DNA of 63,723 bases, filler included, from Bigelowiella natans CCMP2755 (lineage: Eukaryota; Protista; Cercozoa), in NCBI GenBank assembly GCA_000320545.1. It is 9 parts of 9 records of this genome, joined end to end, with 100 filler letters (N's around TTAATTAATTAA, not from the genome) between each part and the next. Parts side by side here need not be neighbours in the genome. Positions count along the whole stretch, not along the records: positions 1 to 8,105 come from ADNK01002764.1; positions 8,206 to 27,132 come from ADNK01001206.1; 7 more parts are not named here. The stretch is one strand, 5' to 3'. Below the pieces are notes generated by a model. That model made no database searches, was not told the DNA's origin, and worked only from the letters and a program-made list of their open reading frames with translations. Positions 1 to 13,582 of this stretch are shown piece after piece; position 1 is the stretch's first letter; each line of letters opens with the position of its first letter. The translations under genes and the position numbers were made by a program.

Positions 1-152
1 TTTCACAGGGAAAAATACCCGGGGGGGGGGGGGGGGGGGAGCTGGGTGCGGGTTGTTTTATGTGTTGTAAGAGTGGGGTTTCGTAGTAGTAGTAGCAGTG
101 GTAGTAGCGGCCAGAAGAAATAATGTGCTGTGTTCTCCAGCACACATGATAA

Positions 153-207
<55 letters not shown>

Positions 208-387
208 TATTTAAATGACCGGTGCTTGGATGATGAGCGGTGTTCTTAGCATTGACGATTTTCCTTTGACCCCTTTCTACTTGTCCCTACGCGCCTCTTC
301 TTACACTCCCCCCTCCCCCCCCCCCTCTTGTGATTGGATTATGAAATCTTCCCTCCTCTGCCATGAATGGATATCGATCGGCGACAG

Positions 388-584
388 GTTCATGAAGTAT
401 GGAAACAAGATCACCATTGGACCTGACCAGAAGGTCAGAAGAAAATAAGAAGAAGAAGAAAAAGAAGAAAAATAATTAGAAAAAGGAGGGGGGAAAGCAG
501 ATCGTACATGGGATCCTTCAGCACCATCTTATTATAAATCGTTAATATAAATTTTTCTCACCCGTTTTTGCGGCCCTCCTCGAG

Positions 585-618
<34 letters not shown>

Positions 619-1278
619 TCATCTCCTTCATCTCCTTCCTCTCCCTTACCCCAATTCTCAGACCTGCATTGCAGGGCCGTGCTGGATTTTTGACCCTCTC
701 AAATGGGAGGAGGACAAGAAGACCGGCGATGTACGCATGATCACCCGTTGCAGCATGCTGTGATGAAGAAGGGGGGGGGGGGGGGGGGAGGGGGCTACAT
801 CATCGAGTTCCATGTGCCGACCGCGTATGACAATGTATAAGGTGACTGTCAAATCGGTATGGCTGGGAGAGAAGAACAAGAACATCTACCCTTGCGGAGA
901 GGTACTTACCAGAATCAACCACCGAGGATGGAGAAATACTAACTGTTCCAAACTCATGTGGTGAAAGGGGGGGGGAGGGAGGGGGGGGGGGCTGGAAGGG
1001 GGTAACGGGGTGATGAAGAACAGAATCTATCTTGCAACGAGGCAGCAGCAGCTCTGATGTTTTTCGCTGTGACCTCTGCAAATATTGATTATTCGTCATC
1101 GTGTTCTCCCTCTCGCTATCTTCCCGCAGGTCGTAATATCCTCGCGCACCCCTGCTCCATGTGATGCAGGGTTTCCTCCACAGCAGAAACACTATCCCCT
1201 CGCTAGAGCGTCGAGTGGGCGGTATGTAGATGGTACTACTGCTCGAAGACAACAATACACATATAATACACACACACA

Positions 1279-1316
<38 letters not shown>

Positions 1317-1494
1317 GTATATTTGTATATGTGTGTGTGTGTATGTGTGTGTGTGTGTTTATTTTTATACATGATGAGAACTAGCAGCTCTAAGCCAATG
1401 CTCTTCTCCAAAAATGCGTCTATATGTGTTTTAGCTCTGTAGTGATCTTTCATTCATCTAATGCGCAGGTCTACGCAAAAACTACGGAATTTGA
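388..1494 (+). CDS. 3' part of a conserved uncharacterised protist protein (spliced, 5' truncated)
   Basis: GT-AG exons 388-433, ~662-730, 842-901, 1130-1232 and 1469-1494 join in frame: FMKYGNKITIGPDQK-TCIAGPCWIFDPLKWEEDKKTGD-VTVKSVWLGEKNKNIYPCGE-...PCDAGF...ARA...YVDG-LRKNYGI*. From memory this resembles the 'GFHYCKLLSPARAxEWxYVDGL' C-terminus of a protist/fungal hypothetical protein family; needs BLAST. Confidence 0.6.
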
Positions 1495-1630
1495 GGTCAT
1501 TGAGCGAGTGCGACAGATATAACAAGAGGACAGGCGAAGAAGCCATATTGCATTCTTCGGAGTAGCGTGTTGTCGTTCCATACGCGCAGATACCATGCAT
1601 ACTCCTCTAATAATGGTATGGTTTCCTTAC

Positions 1631-1675
<45 letters not shown>

Positions 1676-1849
1676 TATTTATATATTTAGAGTTGAGCAC
1701 GTCCGCACACCGCAGTGTGTGGACGTGCAGATTATATACCAAATACATATAAAGTATAGCTCCCAAAAATAGCTGGTTTTAATACAGTTGACGTTGTGAT
1801 GAAAGCAATCATTTTCAAGTTAATATACGTAACTCATCGGCATATTATG

Positions 1850-3280
1850 TGCGTCGCTCCTGGCAAATTGAATGTGTGTTTTTTTCAATTGTTATTCTAA
1901 TGCCACGGTCTAGCGGTGTACAATCTAGCAATGCACACATTCTATCATGACATGTTGCATGCATGCAGTGCAAGTGCACACCATGTACCTTATTGTCACG
2001 TGCGTGTGACCGCATCCATGCACGCACGGTTCCTTCCTTGCGCGTGCGATGTGGTGGTCGCTAGCGAGGAAGAGCGGGGTAGATACAGCTAGCCAGTGTT
2101 GTTGAGCGCCTGCGAGCTAGCGAGGGTCATCTGGGCATTGTCAAGCATCTAGTTGACATGAAGGCAAACATCGAGGCCGAAGACACATGCAGTGAAGCAA
2201 TATGGGGGAATTGCACCATCGAGCCACACCTGGACTCCATACTTCGCATTGAAAGTTGTGATGACATGCATTTGGGCCTTGTCCTCCGTCTTGGCCTTGT
2301 CATCCTCACTTCGGACACCCAGGAATGCCCGGACTCGGACACTGATTATGACACAAATGAAGAAGACGAAGACGAAATACTTCGCCACCGGAAATTTAGA
2401 CTGCGCAAGGTCGACATTGAAATGTTTCTCAAGCAAAAGTACATCGAGAGACAGATCCCATGTATTCAGCAGAGATGTGACGAGTCTGTTCATGTTGAGC
2501 AAAGATTTGAAGAGGGCGCTGGGAGCACCGGTTCGCATCTTAGCGGGACACAAGAGGAAACGTTGCTAGCCGCTAGCTGGAACATGGCGTGACAGTTGTG
2601 CGTGGCATTTGCACCGCTAGACTGACGATGAACACGAACTAGCGCACTGCAGCACACTGCTAGACTGTGTGTGTTTTGTGTGTGTGTGTGTGTGTGGCAG
2701 TCTGCAATGATGTTGCGGCGGTGCATCATCATGGCACTGTTTATGCCCAAATGATGAACGGAATGATCGGAAAGCAGAAGATTTCTGCGCTAGCTAGCTA
2801 GCTGCACCTGCCCACCTAGCGCTAGCTAGCCACTCACACGCACCTCACTAGCGACAGCCACATTACAATTCTAGAACTAGACAAGAAAATATCTAATCGG
2901 GGATGCGCGGTCACACACGCACGTCGTGTCTAGCTAGATGTCACACAAGTGTGTGCCAGCATGCCACACGCATGCATGCATGTGCATTGAGCACAGTTCA
3001 TCTAAGCACAGTGGAGCGAGCGAGCGCGCTAGCGCGATAGATTGGCTGCTTAGATCACTGACATCCATTGTATTAGAACAAAATGTCCGCTAGAAATGTC
3101 TAGAATGTTCCCAATTTTGCAATGTCTTGCGCGTGGCGATATTGCGCTACGCACTGACTGACATGCGTGTACGTCTAGATGTGTCTAAAAATCTAGAAAT
3201 GGCTGCTAATGATCGCTGTCCACTGGCATGCACGCACTTTTATGTTGTACACTACACGCGCATGTGTGCGCACACATAGT
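1850..3280. other. Intergenic TpA-poor, CTAG-rich island 1
   Basis: In 2543-2860 I count 12 TA within CTAG and only 1 elsewhere. It has a (GCTA)n run near 2790 and lies between convergent gene ends at 1494 (+) and 3319 (-). Confidence 0.75.
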
Positions 3281-3318
3281 AGTGTCAAAAATGATCTGCA
3301 TCCCTTGTGAGATGATTT

Positions 3319-3474
3319 TTACCGATCATTGTAAAGCTTTTTGGTGATGGCTTCCGGCAAATGTTCTTTACCCAGATTTTCCGATTTGTCTTTCGTAAAG
3401 CGATATATCGAGAAGAGCTTGAACCGGGTCTCCATCTCCTCAACAACAAAACCAGCATCCTGAACGCACACAAC

Positions 3475-3513
<39 letters not shown>

Positions 3514-6341
3514 CACACAGATCCCTGAGAATATGCAGAAGCACTCATTTTGCCCTTGCGGTACGACGCCCCTCTTCCACCGTCACTTCCAATGCTTTTG
3601 TTCCATTTGAGAAATCATCGTATTATCTGCTAATGCCTCTCAATTCCTATCAGCCTCGCTCATCAAAGACCTCCATGCGCAATGCGGAAAATGGAAACAT
3701 GATTACTACAATACGTTATTATAACGCTATAGCAAGAATAACTCTGTTGGAGTATCACCTTAAACGCCTTTTCCATGCGCTCCCGCACGATAGGCTTTCG
3801 ATCTGAAAAAGTGCGAAGATGTCCATCATTTTCGTGGTTCTCATCTCGTCATCGTATTGTATAGGAAGGCAAACAAGATGCGCTCAAAGCTTTTAAGAGG
3901 ATCGAAAAATCGTTTGGACTCTCAGTCTTCTCAACCGCAGTAGTAGTAGTAGTAGTAGTAGCAGCAGCAGCAGCGATATACAACAAATGTAATTACTTTT
4001 ATGACTCATCAAGAACTCCCCGCCCGCTGCCAGCAATCGCCTAATGATATAGCATTTGGATCACTTGCAGAAACAAACAAATGACGGTACCGTATCTGTG
4101 CAGAGGAAAAGGGGGAGGGAGGGAGAGAGAGAGAGAGAGAGAGAGAGAAGTAAAGAAGGATGCAACCTGACAGTGCTAACAAGTGGATTGATGGCCTTCT
4201 CGTGGAATATCAAATCCGAGCCGATGATTAAATCAAACATGCGTCCATCCGTACTTGTATCTGGCATCGCCTTCTGCCATAGTTTTGCACATGTACAAAC
4301 CAAGAAGAAGATTCAATATTAGGAGCACCGGCTCTCCTCTCCCCCCCCCCCCCAACCTCTCTCTCTTCGCATTCGTTCCCACGATTTGTCTGCAACCAGT
4401 GGACTCGATGACTCCTAATAATTGCGTGGTAGTGCTCCTCTACTACCAATTGCTTGAGAAACTTCTCCTCAAATTCCTTCGCATCCCCCTCCCTGGATGA
4501 TCCGATAACCAACAGATAAGCGACCAGCGTGACGGTGTTCAGTGATGAAAATCAAATGCCTCATGTCTACACGGAATGCCGTTTTCTGCTTACGACAAAC
4601 CTCCCCCCCCCCCCCTTCCTCTCTCTCTGTGTGTGTGCGCATCATGCTTTCTCCATTGCCATTCGTAAGCTGTGCGCCCTGGGAAGACACAACAGCACAT
4701 ACCCATAGGAATGGAGAACATATGATGTTTGTGCATACATAGTAATCGTGAGGTGAAACTTACGTCCAAGTCCACTCTAGTGGCAGAATGGTCACCTGAA
4801 AGTATACAGCAGCACGGAATATATCATATAATATATATAATACATAGTCGCGCTATGGCAAACGTACATGTTCAGAAATAGAATGCAAATCAACACAAAA
4901 AATCAGCGGCCGATGACTCCTGTCTCCGCGACCATTCTTCCATTGCTATACGACGACATCGAGACGCTTTCCGAATTCTTCGGCGCGAAGAACGCTTCCA
5001 GAAACACACCGCACTTGCACTGCACACAAACAAAGAGCAGAGAGGCAGAGAATACAAGACCTTTCCGCCGTTTCCGCAGCTCTTTATCGTCTCTATATTG
5101 CGATCGACATTCTCTTTCCTGTGGTATACGATGAAGTTGTTGTTGGTGATGATGATGATGACGACGATGATGATATGTATTCCACATTTTGCACCGGCGT
5201 ACAGAGCCAATAAAGGGAAGATCGAAAGTGCATTTCTCCTTCTTCTCTTTCTATCGATTTCTCTCGTCCCCCTCGCCATCTCTCCTTCTGCCACACGATT
5301 GCCATTTTGGGCTTTTTTTGGGGGTCATATCGCTATGTTACGTCGCTTTCATGACGATATTAGGCTGATCCGTGACGACGGCGTGCGCTCCCAAACTTGC
5401 CTGGTATGCATGCCACATGTAGAAACGAGTGAACGATGATGACTACTAGGTGACAGCACGAGATGGCGGGGGGTGGTAGGGATTGGCGCGGTGTGGTTTC
5501 ATGGCTATATGTGCAAATGAAGGAGCGCAGAGAAGATTTTGTATAGGATGTGATTTTGAATATGTAGGAGCGTATGAAGACGTGGCATTTGGCCACTCAA
5601 TCACCACACACATACAACACATACAACACATACACACACGCACACAACATCATCATCATCATCACCAGCCTTATCGTTGTCATCATCATCATCACCATCA
5701 TCATTATAGGTGATCCATAGCAGAGAGACCGACAAAATGACTACCAGGGCGATGCTCGGTAGGCCGACCCCCCCCCCCAGTTCCAGCGTTCGCACAGAGG
5801 TTCTCGTACCTTTATCAAATCACCTCACGATGATGAGCACGTTTCAGATGAAAAAAGGATTTTTCACTAAACAGTCCTTGCCTCATTATCAAATGAGACG
5901 AGAGTGCCAAAGCGGGGGAGGGGGGGGGGCGAAGCAAAACCAGGCAAAAACGAGTTAAAGATTGTGATTTTTGCCGATCAAAGGCGATAGCCCTTCCTGG
6001 TCAGCATCACCCCGCAGTAAAGCGGCTGTCTGCTTCGGTTGGTGCTGTGGATTAAAGGGATTCTGCTTATGCTACCGTTGGAATGCGTTTGAGGAAGAAA
6101 GTGGTGAATTGGGAAATAGTTGTTGTCCTCGTCCTCTTTACACGGTTCCAAGAATCTACCAGAGCACAGTATTATCAATATTAGTATTAACAGTAGTAGT
6201 AGTAGTAGTAGTAGTAGTATTGGTAGCAGCCAGCAATCGAAGGAGGAAGGGGGGAAGAATATGATATTGAGGCTCGTAGAAGATTTACAAACATATGATA
6301 TATCTAAATGCACACACACAGACATACACACACACATATCA

Positions 6342-6384
<43 letters not shown>

Positions 6385-7077
6385 TGAAAACACACTCACA
6401 CCTTGCCATGACAATGGCGCATTCCCAGAGTCTCCATCCTGCGACAACACATCCAATCGATCGCCATACGTTTGAGACGTGCTAGGAGGCAGTTTTCTTC
6501 TTGCATTCAAATGGAATCCCATATATTCTCTGACGTTGCGTGTGCGCGCGCGCGCGTGTGTGTGTGTGTGTGTGTGTGTTCTTTACCCGTGCCGAATGCA
6601 CCACTTCCTACCGGGTCGCTCACCTTATTATTAGGGAATGAGGGGGGGGTTGAATCCCTGGCAGTGTGCACCGATCTTTGGCACGCGACAAGGCGTTTTT
6701 CTTCGTCGCAAGGCCAAAAACAGTGGACGTTTTCGTTTGTCATCATCATCACCATCATCACCACCACCATCATCATCATCGCTATCACCATTATTATCAA
6801 TATGTGTGCAGGCCTATACGAGTAATTCGCCCTGGTGATGTGGCGCATTGGGGGGCGGTGTTGCGTCCCTCCCTGCTGCAGCTGTATTTATCTTTTGTTA
6901 CTGCTACTATTTGCATCAATTCCGAGAGAACTGACCAGATGTGTGTGGTTTGATAATATATATGATGTGTGGGGAGGGGAGTGTGCGCGTAATAAACACT
7001 CTTTTCCCCCCCCCACACTCCCAGCGCGCACACTCGTCATTAATATGTTGTGTGCGCGCGCCTCTAGACACCGCGCG

Positions 7078-7119
<42 letters not shown>

Positions 7120-8075
7120 GTCCCCATAATCATCACCATCATTCTTTACTTAGGTTTACTGGGAGAGTGAACTTGAGCTTCTATGCTGCCGCGTGTGAAC
7201 CTTTTAGTGTGTGTGTGTGTGTGTGCGTGTGTGTGTGTGCGCGCGCGCGCGCAGCATTAAGATGAACGAGCAAAAACATTAAGAAACGATTAAGCGCTCT
7301 GGGAATGAGCTGGGAAAAACGTGAGTATCATCCGCACACATCCCCCCCCCCACACACATAAACATTTACAACTACACACACATACCATAACGTGGAGTTG
7401 AGTGCGGGGACATATTTGCCGTCTTCCAGATTTATCTACCAGGGTAGTAGTAGTAGTAGCAGCAGTAGTGTGTTTATATAGCTGCTGTGTGTGTATGTGC
7501 CTTAAATTTTGAGCGTGTGTGCGTGAGTCTTATCGGTCTGGAAAATGAAGAAACATAAATTCAAAAATCATCTATTTTCTATAGTATAGTACCGTGCTAC
7601 GCATCCAATTCCCCCCACCCTATATCCCCCCTCCTCTCTCCTTCATAACCACCTCTTTACTGACGATTGCTTCATTGACGCTTGCAATTCCAGCAACATC
7701 TTTCGGGGGAGAGCGTCCCTGCCCTTGGGTCTTCGCTGTCCTCCCATCTTCTCCTTCATCCTTAGCTTTCTCGCCGTTCTTCTCATTAATTTCGCATATC
7801 CGCATATTGTGGACGATGGCCCATTTCCTGGGTGGAGGAGGAGGCAAGAAGGAGGATTGGTAATAATGTGAGCCATCGTTTTCTCTCTCTACTCAGTACC
7901 GATACGTAATGTCCAACACTAGCTACGACGGGAGGGGGGGGGGGGGAGGGGGTATACGGCGATTGTGACCGCTGTTTGCATTTTTGGGCAAGTAAATCCA
8001 GATGTAGAACGTACTACTTATCTACCGATATAGCATCCAAGATGCTAAGGTGTTCTCTTTCGTTAGCGGATCTGT
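3319..8075 (-). CDS. SAM-dependent methyltransferase, Methyltransf_16 (METTL21/EFM-like) family; multi-exon, 5' end lost in gap
   Basis: Spliced motifs: VSDPVGSGAFGTG|WRLWECAIVMAR|FLE (~6620-6140), motif I TLELGGGVGLPSIAL (~5790-5745), and FDLIIGSDLIFHEKAINPLVST (~4240-4170). Last exon is DAGFVVEEMETRFKLFSIYRF...YNDR*. Phase-consistent upstream exons continue to ~8075. Confidence 0.85.
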
Positions 8076-8105
8076 TCAGAGAGAAGAGAGGAGGAGGAGG
8101 AGGGA

Positions 8106-8205
8106 NNNNNNNNNNNNNNNNNNNNNNNNNNNNNNNNNNNNNNNNNNNNTTAATTAATTAANNNNNNNNNNNNNNNNNNNNNNNNNNNNNNNNNNNNNNN
8201 NNNNN
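8106..8205. other. Assembly spacer N44-TTAATTAATTAA-N44 (six-frame stop linker)
   Basis: Identical 100-bp spacers also at 27133-27232, 31749-31848, 40721-40820, 51707-51806, 53289-53388, 60381-60480 and 61946-62045. Confidence 0.99.
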
Positions 8206-8529
8206 AGTGTGCCAATGCTAGCATGCACGACCACTTCCGCAATGCGTGTCATCGTGGAGAATTCATCGCTATTATTTTTGTTCATGCATTGTGTATGATT
8301 AATTTTCGCAAAGCCATTTTTGATTTTTAACATCATCCATGTCATTACATTCCGTGATCAAGCTGACCAATTAACACGAATGTAATCTCTCCAGCACAGT
8401 ACTTCATAGACCCTTATAATATAGTACCCGCACCTTCAACCATCATGGTATTCAAGTATAAGTATCACATATATTCATCACATAGCCTTTTCCCCTGAAG
8501 GTTGTACTTGTCACACATTCTTTATTTGT

Positions 8530-10150
8530 CAAGACTGATTGTCCCTAGAATTGCTCAAAAACTCCACATGAAATGACCAACTTGACGACTCGGGGAGTTC
8601 TGATACATGAACATCGTGTGAATATCTTTGCACTACGAAGACAACCATCTCACACCTTAACTTTCGGGTATACAATCTTGAGCCGCAACGCTTTATTGGA
8701 TATATTTCGAAGGGTCTAAAACGTTGAATAATATGTATTGTAGGTAGATAAATGAGGTCATGGCAACAACACATCGCCTCAGCTCTCCTCCAAATTAAAA
8801 GAAACATTCGTACTTCATGGAAGGGAGAAGGTTGCATGAAAATAGGTTGTTGTGTGCGAAGAAATCTATGTGTGGGGCGATTTTGACCAGTTTTTGCACT
8901 ATCCCTTTCTCTTCCGGCACGATGTCTTCAAAGATCACTTCAGCAGGCTCGCATAAGAGCATCCTATTGACGTAGTACACAGAGTCCTCAGAGTTATATC
9001 GAATGACTGCGAAAGCGTATTTCGTAGCCCCAAAATCCAAACTGAAATGAAGAAGCGGACCTGTTCTCTCGAGAACTGAGTGCTGTGCCCATGTATTCTC
9101 CTGTAGACAAGAACGATTCCCCAGCATCCTCATCCTAACGGAAAGATGAGATCATTTTCCACAAGAAAGTTTCATCACCAGCTATGCGTGTTCTGGACTA
9201 TTTTACAGGCTACAGGAATCGGATCCATCGCGCACATATATCTGCAAACCTTTCTTCTCTTAATTGAAATTTTGGAAAATTTACCCCAATTATGTTTGTG
9301 GTGATGATTCAGGGTATACCCTACAGCTAAAATTGTAGCAGCACACCTTCGTCTTGACGGCACTCTTATCCGCCACTGCCTTGTCAGTGGGCATCACTTT
9401 GAGTTTTCGATGCCCTGTAAGCACAAAAATTGTTAGGTGGAGAATGAGCCTCCTCCTCCCCGATGTGCTCCAATAATGACTGACACAGTCCGAATGGAAA
9501 GAAAACACAAACGATCTAGGAGTTTTCCCATACTTACAAGTGACACAAAGCCAGAACTTTGGTGAACACTCATGAAGTCGAAGCCGATGTCCTTCAAAAA
9601 TAATTTATTTTGTTCCCGGATACCTTAGAATGCTTGAGGAAAGCCACTTGCAGGGAGGAGGGAGGTTTGTTCGGTTTTGGAGGGACGCCTTTTCGTTCGT
9701 CAGTTTCGAAAGCAAAGGGTCTGTTTAGTGTTTTCATGCCGTTCTCTGGGTGCGACAACCATTTCATCAACTTAAGCTGTAGGTATTCCCGCTCATGACA
9801 TTGCGCATATTGGTAAAACTGCAAATCGGTAAACTTTTCTTGGCTTTAGCCTAAAATATGGGCTAATTTAGCTGACGTAAACAACAATTTGCCTGAATTC
9901 TAGTGTAATTACTTTTTCTGTTTCTTTGAGGGTACGAATAAATATTCTGTGAAAATAAAATGCGGTCCTGTGCGCGATACCAAGCAGAATTTATTCCAGC
10001 TGTTTTTTAGGGAAACACATGGAAATCTTAAGTCGGATACATGCAGATCTCAAACATTTTTATTTTTGTACGAATTGCGGTGGAAAGAGTGTGACGACTG
10101 GATAGGAATAATATTCCTACGACAAGGAAGTCTACGAGTGATTCTTGCTG
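8530..10150 (-). CDS. Hypothetical spliced gene (exon structure uncertain)
   Basis: Minus-strand intron with gtaagt donor (~9537), ctaac branch point and ttacag acceptor (~9415). Open segments 9824-9620 and 9133-8812 include LLHFSLDFGATKYAFAVIRY. I could not reconcile all exon phases. Confidence 0.4.
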
Positions 10151-11040
10151 GCTAGCAACAGATGCTTTCGCATGATGGTGGGTGCCTCCCCGTCCTGCGC
10201 GTTATTTTTCTGTTTGATTTACGTGCTCATTTTTCATGATTGTTCATGACAACGTTCTGGCTAGCTGGATGCACGTGCCAGCGTGCATGGACCTTGCTAG
10301 CTTGACACGCCGGTCACAATTCCAGAATTGTGAGCTCGAGGTCCAAATCAGTCCACGTCCACCGCCAGCTCTGGAGCTAGACATCCAGCAAAGATTAATC
10401 ATTTCGATGCTCTTGTGGTTCAAAAGTACGCATGCGTTGGAAACACTTCATTCATGCTGATTCCTGCTCGCATCGGTGATCGCTCACAGCTAGCTGGACA
10501 GCTGCAGAGACAGCTAGACAGTCTAGCAGTTCTGCACACACAACACTGACAGAAAATCGTCGCTGACTGCTAGCTGAAGTGCGCATCGCATGCTGGCATG
10601 CTCAGAACAACGCAACCCTGATGCACGAATTTTCCGCATCATGCTAGCATGGCGTGTTGCATGCTGCGGATGGCTAGATGGGTTGTCGTGTGGCTCGCAT
10701 GCAGCAAGCTAGCAAGTAGCAGCAGAGCCGACAGTGGCAGAGCGAGCGATCCATTTGTGCATTGGAGTGACATGGACAATGAACAATTAGCAAAGGGACA
10801 GCCGTGCTCACGTGGTGCTCACGTGGCGGTTGGGTAGAGGGCAGCAACAAGCGCTAGCTGCTGGACGCGCATGATTGAGACACTGATGCTGTGCTCCATT
10901 CTAGCATTGCTAGATTGCGCACTGCCGACTGGATGGACATAAATGATGGTGTCATAGACATGAGTGTGATGACTAGCTAGACATGTTTACTGAAGAGTGC
11001 ATGCGCGTGTGTGTCACGCAATGATGGGTACTGTTGCGTT
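10150..11040. other. Intergenic TpA-poor, CTAG-rich island 2
   Basis: In 10429-10716 all 7 TA dinucleotides are in CTAG. It lies immediately downstream of the KAP3 stop. Confidence 0.8.
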
Positions 11041-11097
11041 CCCTTCCGAATCTAACGTTTCTACGCACCACCTGCATCCAAGTAGTAATTCTGCAAA

Positions 11098-11601
11098 TCA
11101 TCGTCGTCGAGATTCAGCCAAGCTGTCTTCATCATCGTTAGGGTATTCATCTGACATATGACTGGATCCTGGAAGGAGCGAAGAATCGGGTTGCATCTCA
11201 CCGCCGCCACTGGGCACATGGCCGCCAGCATGAAACTTAGGCGAGAAACGACCGCTGCTGTCCAAGCTTTCTCCATAGTCCAGCTGATTGGCAGCGTCCC
11301 CTTGATCTAGCTGCGTACACGGCGTTTCTTTATGTCAATGATTAGATCTCGAATGGTGTTCAAGCAACATACCCAAAGGAACACTATTTTAATCACGTAT
11401 ATGTCCAAACCATCGTTTTTGCATATGTACGTATCTGTGCACATGCATAACGTATAGGCTGAGTAAATGTTGATTACATCCGCACTGTCATCCCATTGCA
11501 TCTGCGAAGGATCGTATCTCAACGCCCCGACTTCGTCTGAGCATAGAACGATAGATTTGATTGATGGGACTCACGAACATGCACGCACCCACTCTCCCTC
11601 T

Positions 11602-11641
<40 letters not shown>

Positions 11642-11662
11642 CACACACATATACACTTATAT

Positions 11663-11703
<41 letters not shown>

Positions 11704-11914
11704 CAAATACTAATCGGAACAGGATATTCTGGACACAATTGATTGTGCAATCAACACATCATTATAAAATATATAATTCTCTTCATTTTCTTCTTTGTGA
11801 CCCTCTTCATAATATTGTTCCTCTCCGTAACTTTCCATCGGGTTCTTGTACTCTCTGCACACACAGTGTATAGCAGAAAAACAAATGAATATTTCGTACC
11901 TTTCCTTTATGAAC

Positions 11915-11949
<35 letters not shown>

Positions 11950-12276
11950 CGATATCTGTCTTACTGTTCAATCAATATATCATTCACGAGGACGCGTGCA
12001 CACACGAAGGCATGCAAGATTACATTTCACAACGATAATACTACCCTTCTGGTGCTTCTGAACTCTCGATGAACTCAATCCATTCGCGATTCATATTCTG
12101 ATGATAGGGGGGAGGATAGCGGTGACAAAACCACAAAAGACAGGGACACGGATGGACGAGTGAGAGACAGGCGTATGAAAATTGAGGAGTTTTTTTCCTC
12201 TTTTCTTTGACACAATGCGATGAAAGCATGCAAGTGTCTATGGCGCGCGCGCACATGCGCGCGCGTATGTGTGTAA

Positions 12277-12323
<47 letters not shown>

Positions 12324-13537
12324 AGAGATTCATGGGTGTTCCACATATTGTCGTGAATGGCTACTTCAAATCTCTTTTCTCGAATGCGCACTTGCCAACC
12401 GTCCACATCCGACTGAACCACCTGTCGAAATTAAGAAGGCGTGAGTTCCTATCATGTTGCAAGTTTTTGAAGATAAACCACGACCTCCATTTTCCATCAT
12501 CGATGATCAAGGAAATTTAACTACTCGAAATTCGATTACTATTTTTCTCATCACCATCAATCATTGTCAAAATCGTCTGCAGCGTCATATTCTGTGAAGG
12601 TAATGATGCATCTATCTCTTTCTCTCTAATGCACTGACCAGATCGAGGAGCTTATTGGTCATGTTCCGAATGGCTTCACTATCGTCGCAAGTAAGGTCCA
12701 GTAATATGTGGATCTGAAAACAGAGGAGAGGCGAGGGATGTTCATGTTGTAAAATGAATGGATACACGCTTAAGTACCGTGTGTGTGTGTGTGTGGTGTG
12801 TTGGAGGAGGGGGGGGGGGCAGCAAAGGAGAGAGAGGGGGAATAGAGAGAGAGAGAAGAAATAATCGAAGTAAGAAGAGAAGGAAAATTAATGAGGAAGA
12901 GGAACTCCGCAGATTTTCCCTCTTCTTCGTCGCAGCGCCAAAATACTCGGTGATTTAGAATAATCAGCCATAGCTCGAAGCCCACACTGCAATTGCCGTG
13001 TATGCGTTCGGGTGTAATAAACGTACCAACTCCTCATGCGCGGCAACAACCTGAATCAAATGAAGATGGTGATGATAGGAACTGGTGAGCGAATGATGAT
13101 CATAATGATGGTGATGATGATGATGATGATGATGGTGATGATGAGTTGAGGTTATCTCGATTCTTATTGCTAGGAGACAAGTCGGAGGCTTTTTGTGAAT
13201 ATTGAAATAAGGTTTTAAGTACGATGACCTCCCTGCCTTCCTCGTGCAAACATATCCGGAACAACGCGAACAGCTGTGGGAATGGATGAGGAAGACACAA
13301 TATTCACTACATCTGACCGATCATGAATGTGGATTGTTCCAATCAATACAAACATGGTACGACATGTATGCATGTACAAATTGTATGTTCGGGTGGTTTT
13401 CACACGGACCGATTGCAGCAGCAAGTCCTCGTCTCGCATTTTATCCTTTACCACCTACACGATGTTGGAGTTTCATCAGATCAATAGAGAAATCTACAAT
13501 CATCTCCCATTTCTCCCCGAAACTGACCCCCCCCCGT

Positions 13538-13582
<45 letters not shown>

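Noticed and set aside
8150-8161. TTAATTAATTAA motif repeated eight times
   Set aside because: Always centred in N runs of fixed length, so it is an artificial six-frame stop linker and not biological.
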